NCBI GenBank assembly: GCA_051453625.1
Contig: JBOZIK010000001.1
Coordinates: forward strand, 4,052,123 to 4,116,122
From: Welwitschia mirabilis
Taxonomy: Eukaryota
DNA: 64,000 nt
Direction of reading: 5' to 3'
Shown in pieces: positions 25,514 through 39,103 of this stretch. How positions within the stretch are numbered: the stretch's first letter is position 1; each line of letters starts with the position of its first letter. Both the position numbers and the translations under genes were made by a program. The notes under the pieces are model-generated. The model was not told the origin of the DNA, ran no database searches, and saw only the letters and a list, made by a program, of their open reading frames with translations.

Positions 25514-28500
25514 ATCACATGAACACATACTTTCAAAGATGAAAGTAAATAAATGGGAAGAAAAATAAGGAACAAAACCCTCAAAAAACTAAAGACTCAT
25601 ACCATTAAAAGTGAATACAAGAAATTAAAAGATCTTCCTTCAAAATGAAGTTCATACACATATGAACGTCTTAAGATTGGGTGAATCCAATCTTATCACT
25701 TTAAAATTCCCAAGTAAAGATCACTAGTTATGGTAACCTTATAAAGTAACAAATAAGTCAAGTTAAAGATGTTTAAGTGATAGTATAATGTCCATCAAAA
25801 GAATTGGTTAAGAAAGAATTTAGATAATGTTAGAAGGACTTTTAGGGCAAGTGATTCTATCATGTTCAAGATTTGATAACTTATGTATTTTTAACCTTTG
25901 TCCATTTTTTTGAATTTCCTTAGTGTTCACATTAGAAATCTTAATTAAGCCATTAGAATGTACTTTCTTTGAAATATAACGATCTAATTATTGAGAGGTT
26001 AACTTTTTATGTAAAAATAAAAATAAAAACAAAATATAATAACATAATAACTTGAAATCAAAAGGAAATACAAAGAAAACTAAAAACAAGTTTTATTTAG
26101 ATACTAAATCCTATTAAATGTTTATTTGAAAAATTTTTTTTTTTATTTTCCTAAGGATATGGTCCCAGGGTGTTCTAATTTCTTGCAAAAATAAGGACAA
26201 ACCAAATAGAAGCCAATTGATAAAACATAAAGGGTACACATGCATGACAAGATAACATCTTGACTCCACATAATTTACTTGGAACATGAGATATAACAGG
26301 TTCATTTAGTTTATGAAAGAATAATCCCTTATCAAATGCATGTATGAAGAATTCCAAATATATAATTCATCTAAATATTGATACTAGGAATGAAAAATAT
26401 CAATGGTACTATTATTAATCAAAAAATTTAGAAAATTTTTCTTAGTATAAATGATTAAGGTAAGTTTAATATACCTAAAAAGTTCCCTAAGTCTTAGCTT
26501 AAAGTATGAATTATAAAGAAGATAAGGTTTTCTAAAATTTAGAAGTCTAAGATATCCCAAGTCAAACTTTTGAAAACAGTTAGCATTAGAGGCATAAGCT
26601 AAAGTAAACTTGGTAGAAGAGGATGGATAAGCATAGGTAGACTATTTAAGTTGGATTTCTATATTGGAAATGATAGGTATATTTTTCATTAAGTTTGGTT
26701 AAAATTCTATAGGTCCTTCAGTATTTATCCTCTCTTTATTATTATATTTATCCTTACTATGTTGACTACTTTCTGTTTTTTTCTTATCAACTACTGTATC
26801 TTCTTCTTTTTTTTTTTATTCTTACTATTCTTTTATTAAATTTTATTCTTATTTACTATTCATAATGTGAATGAAAATTTGAAAATTTTATCTAATGAAA
26901 GATGTAAATTAAGTTAAAAATTTTTAATGTGAGTGATGAAAATGAATCCCACAAAGAAAAGAAATACATCTCGTATTGGGAAATAGAGCAAAGAAAATAG
27001 ACAAGAGTGAGAAGGTAGATAAAACAGGATAACTTTCTAAATTAAGTGCAAAGCTAAGTAATGTTAGATTTAAAAGAAAAAGAGTGGACAATAAAAATGT
27101 TTCATCATAATAATGATTAAGAAGAGCACTTACAACACAAAAAATCTAAAAACAAACATCACAAAATTTCCTAAGAAAATTCAACTAAGTAGGAAATTTA
27201 CTTTTATTAAAAACTAAATAAGAAAAACATGATAAAAAAATATGGTAATTAATTTAAAATAACTAATCAAACCACAACAAAAAACAAAAAGAATGGGCAT
27301 AATATAAGCAAAAGATATCCCACCTATTTAACCTTTTAACCTAGTAGACTCCATAAAATAAATCATAACATCACTTGATGGGAAAATGCATGACTTGTTG
27401 TATGAAAATTTCCATTCAATAAGGTAGTGGTTATGATAATGTTGAAAATAAAAAGAATGATTAAACCAAAGATTTGCTGAAAATTAACTTACCTACAAAT
27501 ATCTCAAAACAAACATCAAAATCTCAAGAAATGAAATGAACATATAAAAGGACTAAAAGTTTAGGAAACAAGAAATGCCTCTAATGACACTAGGGATAAC
27601 ACTAATATGTAGCCTCTTAATTTTTATTTTATTGCCATGACGAGGGGAGTGCAGCCACCATTAGAAAAGTGAGAACTCATGAAACATAACCAATTGACCT
27701 CCCATTGAAGTTCTCATAGCTACCATATTACACTACCAAAGGCTTATTTCAGAAATATTTGCCCTGGTGTACTTGTGATAGAACATCATAGTGATAATGT
27801 TTTTGAAATATCTCAAATCAAACATCATGGTATTATTTCATTCTCCATCTTTTTTTTTTTTTTTGGTATTTTGATGATAAATACACTAAAACACATTCAA
27901 TATGATCAAACATTTCAAAATACAAAGGTGAAAGTTTAAGATAAAGATAAAAAAGAACACTTTGTAAATAGTCTAAAACCTTTTTATAAGTGAAAAATAA
28001 AGCATTTTTCTTCAAACTAAAGTTCATGGACATGTGAGTGTCCTAAAATTGGATGAATCCAATTTTACCACTAAAATGCCTAGGTTAAAAGAGTAGTCAT
28101 GAGGATAAATACATAAGTCAAGTTCACAAAATAATTAAGTAATGCTATAATAACCTTTAAAGAAAAAAGCTAACAAAAAATTTAGATGGTGTACTTAAAT
28201 AATTTCAAACTTTACCCATCAACTTCCTGAAATTCTTAAGGAGTCAAGTCAGAAATCTTAAGAGAGCCATCAAAATGTATTTTCTTTAAAATAATAGAAA
28301 ACTAAATGATTATTAATAGACTATCATCCTGATCATCATCTAAATAATAGAGTGGATGATAGAGATAGAAAAAAGAAATAGAAAGTAAAAATTTAGTAAA
28401 AATTAAAAAGTAAAAATAAAGAATAGATACTATCATTCTAACTATTATGAGGATAACAGAAGGAATGACACATCAAAAAATTAAAACAAAAAGCTGAAAA

Positions 28501-29899
28501 CAAAATTAAAGATTAGAATTAAAAACTAGGAAGAGAAAATTAGGAACAACAAATTTTTATTCAAATCTTAAAAATATACTAAGCACTTTTATTAAAGAGG
28601 AAAACAAAATGGAAGGAATATGTTTTGATTATTTATTATTTTTGCATGTTTTTAGAGAAGTAAGATCCAAACAAGAAGTTTACTAATTAATAAAACATAA
28701 AAGATGTATAATTATTTCTAAGTAAAATTAATTGGATGAAGAGAGGGGTAATGGATAACACTCTATGAGACCATATTAAAGCAAAAATTTTGAAACTTAA
28801 AGAGGATATTAATGGTAGCTTTGATAAAGGATTTTTATTGATTACAAGAGTTTTATTTTAATCATCATAAAGAACATTATATTCAAGTCCATTAGAAAAA
28901 TTTAAATTCAAACTATGATTTTCAATTGGTTCATGTAATGGATAATCTTCCTCAAGGCATGAATCTAAAAGTTGGACTTCCTTACATACTAAAGGTTTTT
29001 TCTCATTCTCAAGATTGGATTTATCATTANNNNNNNNNNNNNNNNNNNNNNNNNNNNNNNNNNNNNNNNNNNNNNNNNNNNNNNNNNNNNNNNNNNNNNN
29101 NNNNNNNNNNNNNNNNNNNNNNNNNNNNNAAGCACAAATTTTGGAAGTCAAAGAGGAGATTAATGGTAACTCTAATAAAGGATTTTCATTGATTAAAAAG
29201 GTTTTATTTTAATCATCACAAATAACGTTATCTCAAGTATATCAAAAGGGTTTTAAAGATTCAAATTCAAATTATGATTTTCAATTTTTAACTCGTGTAA
29301 TGGACAATCTCCCTCAAGATGTAAGTTTAAAAGTTAGAATTCCTAATACATTAAAAGTTTTTTATCATTAATTGATCATTGCTAATGTCTTTTACTAGGA
29401 TAAAACTATCCCACAGTAAATATTCTTCTCTAGCCTCTAGTCACCAGTGACAATTTTTAATTCTGAAATCATGTGAGTTTGCCTTAAAAGAATTTTTCTC
29501 TCAGACCATCTCTAGGCCTATGTGCAAGTGATATAACATAGCTGGATTATAGTTAGTAAAAGGAAGAGGGTTATTTCCCTAATCTTCAAATAGTTAGCTT
29601 GGCTTTAATTTTCCTTCTCTAAGATCAATTTATCTGCTTCAATTTTGCTCATGATTTGTTCTTTATTCTATGTTTTATAGATTGTAGTATTGAAACTTCC
29701 TTTTTTACATAGAAATAAAAGCCCAATTTTCATTTAAAAGGAAAAAAAGGTTCTTTGTCATTCTTAAAGTTGAATTTATTATTAGAATCTAAATTATTAG
29801 TATTAAATTGATCATCTTAAAGCATATACTCATGTGATTTCATGTCTCTTTTTTCAAGTGGATGATGTTGCAAGAATGAAGTTGGTTTAATGTTATCTT

Positions 29900-31710
29900 C
29901 TAAGTTCATTTCTTCATCACCTAAATCTTTCTCAGCTGCATCAAATACTCTAATTATAAACGTTCTATTCTAAAGTGACATTTCATTGTTTCTAATCTTA
30001 TATCAATGATGCAGTGGACTATTGCATAAAAGGATCATCTTAGAAGTAAATTGTATCCTCTATTATGCATAACTTATATTATAATCACACCTAATTGATA
30101 GCAAGCCTTTTCAATTTGTATTACCAAATCTTTAAAGACACATAATGATTTCTTAATTGAATTGTCTGCTAATTCCAAGATAACTGGAGTAGGCTCTATT
30201 CTATCCTCTAAACTAAGTCTCCTATAAATATGAAGTAGCATAATATTAACACTTACTCTAATGTTAATTAAGGCTTTTATAATCTTTTTATTTCCTTGTA
30301 AAGTAACATTTACCATAGCTATTTCTGGATCTTTAAATTTTGATGATTCTGGTAATACTAAATTTGTAAGCGATTGGATTAGAAAGACTCTATTAGGAAT
30401 GACTTATTTTTTTCTTATTATTAAGTCTTTTCATAATTTGAGTATCCTAGATTTTATTGAAAAAGTTTATGAAAGGGTAAGTTTATACTCACATTTTTCA
30501 TCAAGGCTTTAAAATGTTCACTAAAAGTTGAATTGTTGTTAATCCTATCAAGCTCAAGGATGATTTATTGAGAAGAATTTTTATTTTTCTTTTTACCAAG
30601 AGAAGGGAAGTTATAATATTCTAATATTTCAATGTTTTTTTCCCTCTTTTTCTTCATCATTTCTACAATATTTTTAGGAGGTGGAAGGTTCACATGGAGG
30701 AAGGTTTGTTTCTTATCCACTTCTTATCATAACCTTACAATCTTTTCTCATCTCATTATGATTTGATAAAGGTTGTGTAGCTAATATTCTTTGAAGTCTT
30801 TGGTTTTCCAACATTGTTTATTAAAGGACATTTACTAATTTTTCCATGTTGTCATTTAATTTTCTAATCTCATCCATAAGATTTCTGAGTTAATCATTTA
30901 GATGTTAAAAGTTCAATAAATTTGGTTGGTACTTTGTGTTTCAAAATTAGTTTCTAAAATGTTGAGAGTTATTTTGAAAATTAGTGCTCAACCTAGGTTG
31001 TGCTTGATTTTGATTTATAAAGTTTTTAGATATTTGGTTAAAAGCACAAACTTCTTTACATATTCTTTCTTTGTATGTTAGTAAAAGAGGATAGTTTGTG
31101 GTGATGTGATAATTATCCCTACATAAATCATAAGTTGGCATATTATTTATTTTGATTATGGATTTGACATCTAAGATCATTTCAAATACTTTTTTAATGT
31201 TGTTTTAAAGTCTCTTATGAAATTTATAGGATTGGATTCTACCTCTTTTTATTACTTAACTTCTTTTAAGTCTTTTATGAGTTGGCCTACAATTTGATTT
31301 TCTTTAGGAGTTGATCAAGTTTAACTAACCTCTATAAGTTCTTCTAATTTTGTCTATGCGTCTTCTAATGTAAGGTTCATAAGGTTTCTATCTTAAGAGA
31401 AACCTACAAGCTATTTTGTATGTGAAGTTAACCCACTATAAAAGTAGTCTACTAGTTCTATTCATGAAAAGGCATTTACTGGATTAAAATGGTAAGCTAC
31501 AAAGAAACATTTATATGTGGAGGCATAATCTTCATTTTCTTTTTATTGAAAGTTTTTTACTTCTTTTTTTCTTTTTTTAATTTTTTTTTACTCATAAATC
31601 TCTTTACAAACATTTCCCATACTTGATCCCAAGTTTTTTAGCTTTTGTAGGGAATATTTTATAGCCAAAGTTTTGCTCTACCTCTTAATGTCATGGGAAA
31701 GATTGCCACA
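29900..31710 (-). pseudogene. gag: C1 gag (C-terminal part) and aspartic protease
   Basis: ORF track: PTYDLCRDNYHITTNYPLL (decayed CX2CX4HX4C) and VNVTLQGNKKIIKALINIRVSVNIML...IEPTPVILELADNSIK (Athila ALxDxGxSVN protease). Confidence 0.85.
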
Positions 31711-31909
31711 TGTTGCGATTCCATTATATAGGAATTTGATGATGTATTTTGATTACTTTTGTATGATATTTACATAGTTTTGGATACAATATTGATGATT
31801 ATGTAGATCTAATGGGATGGTCAATGAAACATGTGATTATTAGCATATTTAATGGTTTCTTAGGCTCATTCTAAGAATGCATATTTGGAAGAAGAATTTA
31901 TCATGCAAG

Positions 31910-34900
31910 AGTCATTTGTACAACTACCCATTTTATCATTAATAAATGATTAGGGATGATGAAATACCATTTTGATAATAGAAACATTACCATTAGATTT
32001 TTTGATGCTACTGATAAAGACATAGGAATAGAGTTTAACTTTGAAGATGAATTTAAATAAACCTTGTCTTTACAACATTAACCAATTGAAGAGAGATTAA
32101 TCATGCTACATGAATCAACTTTATATGATGTTCCCACTAAAACATAGTGTCTTAAATCTGAGTAGGAAGAACACATAGACTAGAAATAAACTCAATATAT
32201 TTATTTAGTAGAAAAACCTTTTAAGGAGTATTGTCCCATGTCTATCATCCACATGACAGATGGGATGATAACCCAAAATACCACCCTTAAACTTAAGAAA
32301 TTACCCAAGGATTAAAATATATTTTTCTCTCTAAAAATCCAATGAAACCTCTGATAATCAGTGACCTTCTCACTCCTTAACAAGAATTAAACTTGATCTC
32401 ACTCTTAATTTTGAAAGAAAATGTCTTTGTACTTAGACATATAAATACCTAGTTGTCATTCCTATTTTCATAGTTCAATATAAGATTTACCATGAAGATA
32501 ATGCTAAACCTATTAGGCATCCCTAAACAAGACTCAATCTAATCCTTAAATAAATTATTAAAGATGAAATCTTTAAACTTATGGATGCTAGAAATTTATA
32601 TGCCATATCTAATAATTAGTGGGTTAGTCTTTTAACAGTAGTTCCAAATAAGGGGGAATGGAGAATGTGCATAGATTTTAAAAAACTTAATAAGGTCACT
32701 AAAAAAGATCATTATCCTTTACCTTTTCTTGATTAAGTACTTGATAGAATCCAAGGTCATGCCTACTATTATTTTCTTGATCGATATAGTGGCTATAATA
32801 AAATATGTAAAGTGAGTGAATACTAAACTAAAACCACTTTTACCTCATCATTTGGAATCTTTTATTTTAAACAAATGCCCTTTGGACTTTTTAATGCCCT
32901 TAAAAACTTTCAATAAGTCATGATAAATATTTTCTTTAATATGATAGAAGATTGTATTGAAATTTTTATGGATGATTTCTCCATCTTTGGTGAAACTTTT
33001 GAAAAAACTATACTGAGATTAGAAAAAGTCCTAGATCGATGTATTAAAAATGGCTTACATTTTAGTTGTAAAAAGATTTTTCTCCTTATCGAATATGAAA
33101 TTGTTTTAAGTCATCACAATTCAAAAGAACAGATTAGGATGAATCCCATAAAGTTGATATCATTAAAAACCTTAGCCCTCCAACTAATGTCAAAAAAGTT
33201 AAATCTTTCCTTGGCCATGCTAGCTTTTATGGATGATTCATTCATGATTATTTTAAAATTTATAAACATCTTCACTCATTACTTAAAAAAGATGTTAAAT
33301 TTAATTGAAATTATTCATGCCAACTTGAATTTAAAAATCTCAAAGAAAACATTTATTCTAAGCCTATTATCATATGTCTCAATTGGAGTAAAGACTTTAA
33401 ACTTATGTGTGATGCAAGTAACATTGCTGTAGGAGGTGTTCTTGGCCAAAAGTATAAAAATGGTTTCAAAATTATATTTTATCTTAGTAAAACTTTGTCC
33501 CAATTCCAATCCAAATATACTACTACCAAGAGAGAAATGCTTGCCATAATCTTTTACTTAGATCATATTTAACATTACCTTCTTGACTTTCACCTCAATG
33601 TTTACACAAATCATGTAGTCATCTGCTATCTTATGACTAAAAAAAAATCTAGTACTAGATTATTATGTGTATTTTTCTCATGTAATAAATTAATCTTACC
33701 ATTATTGATAAGGTTGAAAAACATAACAATGTTGCTAATCATCTATCTTGACTCTCTTTCTCTTATGATGAAGCTCCCATTAATGAATTTTTTCCTAATG
33801 AATAACTCTTTGTAATTAAATAACTTTATGCTATCTCATCTTCTCATCTTACTCCTTGGTATGCTATCATCGTAAACTACCTTGTTACTATGAAAACTCC
33901 TTAGTGTTGGAATCATAACCAATGTAAAACTTTTTTCCCTAGGATTGGTAACTATGAATGGAATGAACCCCATCTTTATAGATGTTGCAAAAATTAAATT
34001 ATGCATAAGTGTGTATCTGAGTAGAAAACTTTAGAAATACTAAAACTTTACCATGGTTGGGTTTGTAGAAGATACTTTAGTGGATAAAAGACTATCATGA
34101 TAATTCTTCACTGTATTTTTTATTAGCCTACTCTTTTCAAAGACTCATTTTACTTTTCTCAAAAGTGTAATGCATGTTAATGCTATGGTAGTCTAACTCA
34201 TTCTCATAACATACTCCTCAAAGCTATACTTGAATGTGAACCTTTTGATTATTAGAAAATTGACTTTATAGGCCTAATTACACCACCTTTCCATGAGAGA
34301 TAAGTATATCCTTGTAGCTATGAATTATGTTACTAAGTGGGTTGAAGTTGTTCCTACTACCAAAAATGCTCAAACCATTTGCAACTTTTTTTGAACTCAT
34401 ATCTTTCAATGATTTGGTTTTTCATGAATTATCATTAGTAATTAGGGAACTCATTTTATTATTCACCTTTTCTAGAAACTTATTTTATTAATAGATGTTA
34501 AACATAGAATTTCTTATGCCTATCATCCTTAAATTAATGGTCAAGATAAAAATGAAAATAGAGAAATCAAAAAGATTCTTCAAAAATTATTCTCTATCAA
34601 TAAAAAACTTGGTCCTCTAAACATAATGATGTTTTTAGTTATTATTATACTACTTAATATAATTTTTTAGATTTTTCACCTTATGAACTTGTGTATGACA
34701 AAGTGTATGTGTGTTACTAATTGATGTTTTCTATAATTCTTATCAATCCACCCATCAACTTAACCTCGTAGACTTGAATGACAATCATAAAATTCAATTA
34801 CCTCAACTTGATTATTTAGATGAAAAATGTACTCATGCTTTGCATTATTAACTCACTCATAAAACTCAAGCTAATTTTAGACATGATAAAAAGATTTTTC

Positions 34901-35185
34901 ATAAGTAATTTAAACCTGATCCACTTGTTCTTCTGTGTAACACTCAAGTACACCTTTTTTACAAGAAGTTAACTTCTAAACGGTTAAGTCCTTATCTTAT
35001 AGCAAAAGTACACTAAAATGGCTCAATTAAAATATCTAATCTAAAAACTAGAGAAATTCAAAAGATTAATGGACAAAGGTTAAAAATTTATGAGTTATCT
35101 CCTAATGTAACCTTGAACATAATAGAGGTACTTGTTTTGGAAGCCCCTCTTCATAAGAAGAACATTTCTTTTGTCATTATCTAAA
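31910..35185 (+). pseudogene. pol: D pol: protease end, RT, RNase H, integrase (decayed)
   Basis: LKLKKLP; WVSLLTVVPNKGEWRMCIDFKKLNKVTKKDHYPLPFLD; MPFGLFNA; IFMDDFSIFG (FMDD at 32965-32976); FKLMCDASNIAVGGVLGQ; integrase HHCC region about 34050-34190, IDFIG, N*GTHF, YHP*INGQ, LTSKRLSPY. Confidence 0.92.
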
Positions 35186-35381
35186 TTCTTTCTTAAATCA
35201 TTCCTTAGGTAAATATAATGTTATTACTTGAATATTTTTTAACTTAACATATGTATTTACTTATGAAGTTTCCATGATTAGNNNNNNNNNNNNNNNNNNN
35301 NNNNNNNNNNNNNNNNNNNNNNNNNNNNNNNNNNNNNNNNNNNNNNNNNNNNNNNNNNNNNNNNNNNNNNNNNNNNNNNNN

Positions 35382-37185
35382 AGTAAAGACTTTGAACTTA
35401 TGTGTGATGTAAGTAACATTATTATTTGGGGTTTGGAGGTGGGGTGGGAGGCTATTCCTGATCAAAAGTATGAAAATGGTTTTAAAGTCATATCTTATCT
35501 TAGTAAAACTTTGTCCCTAGCCTAGTCCAACTATAGTAATACTAAGAGAATAATGCTTGCCATTATATTTTGCTTAGATCATCTTTGACATGATATTTTC
35601 AGTTTTCACATTAATATTTACACAGATCATGTAGTCATCTACTATCTTATAACTAAAAAAGACTCTAGTGCTAGACTTATTAGATGGATCCTTCTCATGG
35701 AAGAATTTAAGCTTACCATCATTGATAAGGCTATAAAATATAATAGTATTTTTGATCATATATCTTGATTTTTTTCCTATCATGATGAAACTCCTATTAA
35801 TGAATCTTTTCCCAATGAGCAACTCTTTTCAATTAAACAACTTTATGCTATCTCATCTTCTTAATATACTTCTTCATATGCTGACATCATGAACTATCTT
35901 ATCACTATGAAAACTCCTCAAAATTATAACTAACAAAAAACTTTTCTCCATAGGATTAGTGACTATCAGTGGAATGAACCCCATCTCTATAGACATTGCA
36001 AAGATGAAATTATATGTAAGTGTGTACCTGAGTGGGAAATCTTAAAGATTCTAAAACTTTGCTATGAAGGAGTATGTGGGGGATACTTTCGTATTCAAAA
36101 GATTGTCATGAAAATTTTTCACTCTAGTTTTTATTAGCCTACCCTTTTTAAGGATTCATATGACTTTTACTAGAAGATGTGATGCATATTAATGTTATGG
36201 TAGCCTAACTCACTCTCATGATATGATACTTAAACCTATTCTTGAAGGTTAACCTTTAGGTTATTATGAAATTAACTTTATAGGCCCTATCTTATCATAA
36301 CAAAAATTATATCCTTATCACTGTTGACTATGTTACTAAGTGGGTATAAGATATTCCTACTACTAAAAATGATGCTCGATCCATTTGCAACTTTATTCGA
36401 AATCATATATTTCAATGATTAAGTTTTTCACAAATTATCATTACTGATTAGAAAACTCATTTCATTAATCACCTTTTTTGAAAACTTTTTTTATCCATTA
36501 GTGTTGAACATAGAATTGCTATGCCTATTATCCTTAAATCAATGGATAAGTAAAAAATGCAAACAAATAACTCAAAAAGATGCTTCATAAATTAGTCTCT
36601 GTTAATAAAAAAACATGGTTCTTTAAGCTTAATGATGTTCTTTGGGCTTACCGTACTACTTGGCATAATTATCAAGGTTTCTCACCATATAAACTTATGT
36701 ATGACAAAGTTTGTGTTCTACTAATTAATGTTTGCTATAATTCGTACTGATCCACCCATCAACTTAACCTCATAAATGTAAATGAAAATCTTAAAATTTA
36801 TTCCAACTTGATCATTTAGATGAAAAACATACTTACGCTTTACATGGTTAATTCATTCATAAAATGCAATCCAATTTTAGACATGATAAAAAAATTATTC
36901 ATAAACAATTTAAACCTAATTAACTTATCCATTTGTATAACACTTAAGTACACCTATTTCACAATAAGTTAACTTCTAAATGATTAGATTCTTATCTTAT
37001 AGAAAAAGTACACTCAAATGAATTAGTTTAAATATTTGATTTAGATACTAGAGAAATTCAAAAAAGTTAATGGACAAAGGTTAAAAATTTATGAGTCATC
37101 TCCTAATAAAACATTAAACATAACAGAAGCACTTGTTTTGAAAGCCCCTCTTTATGAGAAGGACCTTCCTTGTGACATTTTCTAA
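35382..37185 (+). pseudogene. pol: Second, diverged RNase H-integrase copy inside D
   Basis: Colinear with 33387-35185 (KDFELMCDVSN; VDYVTKWV; ITD*KTHF; VLWAYRTT; KVNGQRLKIYE) with many substitutions. Confidence 0.9.
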
Positions 37186-39103
37186 ATTTCTTCTTAACTC
37201 ATTCCTTAAATAAACATCATGTTATCACTATGATAAGATTGACTTCATCCAATCTTCAGACATTCATATGTCTATGAACTTCATTTTAAAAGCAATATGC
37301 CTTAGTTATTTTGTTCTCTTTTAATGATGTGAGTAATTAGTTATTTTTGCATGTTCTTACCTTATTACTCATCTCATTACTTTACTTTTATCCTTAGAAG
37401 TACTTGGTCATGTGGAATTTCATATAAAAAAATAAAATATAAAAAAACAAGACCATGCTCTTTCATGTTATATCTCAAAAACATGGCCCTCATGATGTCC
37501 TATCATAAATGCACTAGGACAAATATTCCTGAGAATGGCCTTTAGTTGTGTAATATGATAGCTATGAAAACTCCACTGGGGGGTAAATTGACCATGCTTT
37601 ATGATTTATTACTCCTCTAATAGTGGTTTTACTTTCCTCATCATGGTAAAAAAAAAAAGTACTTGCAGGTTATAACATCAGTGATGTCCCTAGTATCATC
37701 AGAATCATTGCTTTTTTTCAAGAATCATGTTTACTTATTTATGGTACTTCCACATGATTACTTGACTTTTTTAGATTCTAATGTTATTTTGAGATAAGAG
37801 CTTGTAAGTTCTTATTTTAAATAGATTTTTATCTTATCATTTGTTATTTGATAACATTAGACATACTTGACATCATCATAATCATTGCCTAATTAAGTGG
37901 TACTTTATAATTACTACATATTGTCATGCATATTTTATCAAGTAATTTTATTATTATTGCCAAGGAAATTTGTTAGGCTAGAATTTAGGATAAGAAAGTA
38001 ATCTTCTTCATGTTTCTAGTTGTTTATTTTCATTTTATTTTTCTTTAGTTGTTTTTTAAGATTTTTGAAATCCATTTTTCATACTTTTTAAGCATCATAT
38101 TATGGATCTAATCATTTTCTAATTCCTTATTGATATTTTTTTGTAATTTCTCTAGAAGATATTATTTCTTTCTCATAGGTTCTCATGATTTGATGAGTTT
38201 TTATTCTTATTTTCCATGAGTTTGGACACATTTGAGGAGTTATTGAGCATTGATTATTTTCACTTAGTGCATTTTCTTATACTTTCACCTTTTTCTTCCC
38301 CACCATGAGGATGTTCTTCAAGCTATTTCTTTACTTTCTCCTTGTTTTCCATTTTTTTTCTGTGTTTTTTTGTGTTTACTTATTTTTAGAATTTTATAAT
38401 TTTACTTTTTCATCTCAACAAGTTATTTGATGACTATCATCCCATGCCTGTCATTCTAACGATAGATGGGATGACACTTCTCCTTTATTCTTGGTGTAAT
38501 TTGGGATGTCTTACTTCTCCTCGGATTTTGGGGGAAGTGGATAGAACACCTTTCTAAGCATTACTCTATGATTTTGAGCATAAAATGTTTCATATTTTGA
38601 GCTTTTATGGTCTAAATTTATGATGGGTTATTTGGATTAGTACATTAATTGAATAAATTTATGGAGAATTCATGAACTTTATCTTGCAGGATTCAATAAT
38701 ACACCATAAAGTTTTTCCCATAAGCCATATTTTAGATCATCTAAAAAAATTCTATATCTACTCTTACCCTTTTCCTTTATGATAATACTAATGAACTTAA
38801 ATACATCATTCTTTAGAGGATAATACTACTTAAGTCTATCACATCAGTCCATTATCACTATACTGTTATCATTTTTTTTTTGTGTATGGCACTCATTTAT
38901 TTTATAGTAACATGCTTAAGTAGGAGGATTAAGGAAGTTTTTTAGCAGTTGTTTTAATTATCTATTTTTGATATCATTTCTTACATGATTTAATGGAACT
39001 CAATTTACATCTTTTTTAGTATTATTTTATCTTGGTGAAATTGGATCATATTCTAGTTGATCATTTACTTTGTTAGGAACTGATAAGGCTAAATAGAGGG
39101 ATA

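Larger units (their letters stand above)
21199..26860 (-). mobile_element. Element B1: 3' part of a non-autonomous Athila-like element (3' LTR, PPT, 3' UTR, C-terminal extension)
   Basis: LTR 21199-23016 is homologous to 53020-54229. PPT (reverse of tcccactt) at about 23021-23028. The internal part is colinear with 54230-57600. Homology stops at about 26860. Confidence 0.85.
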
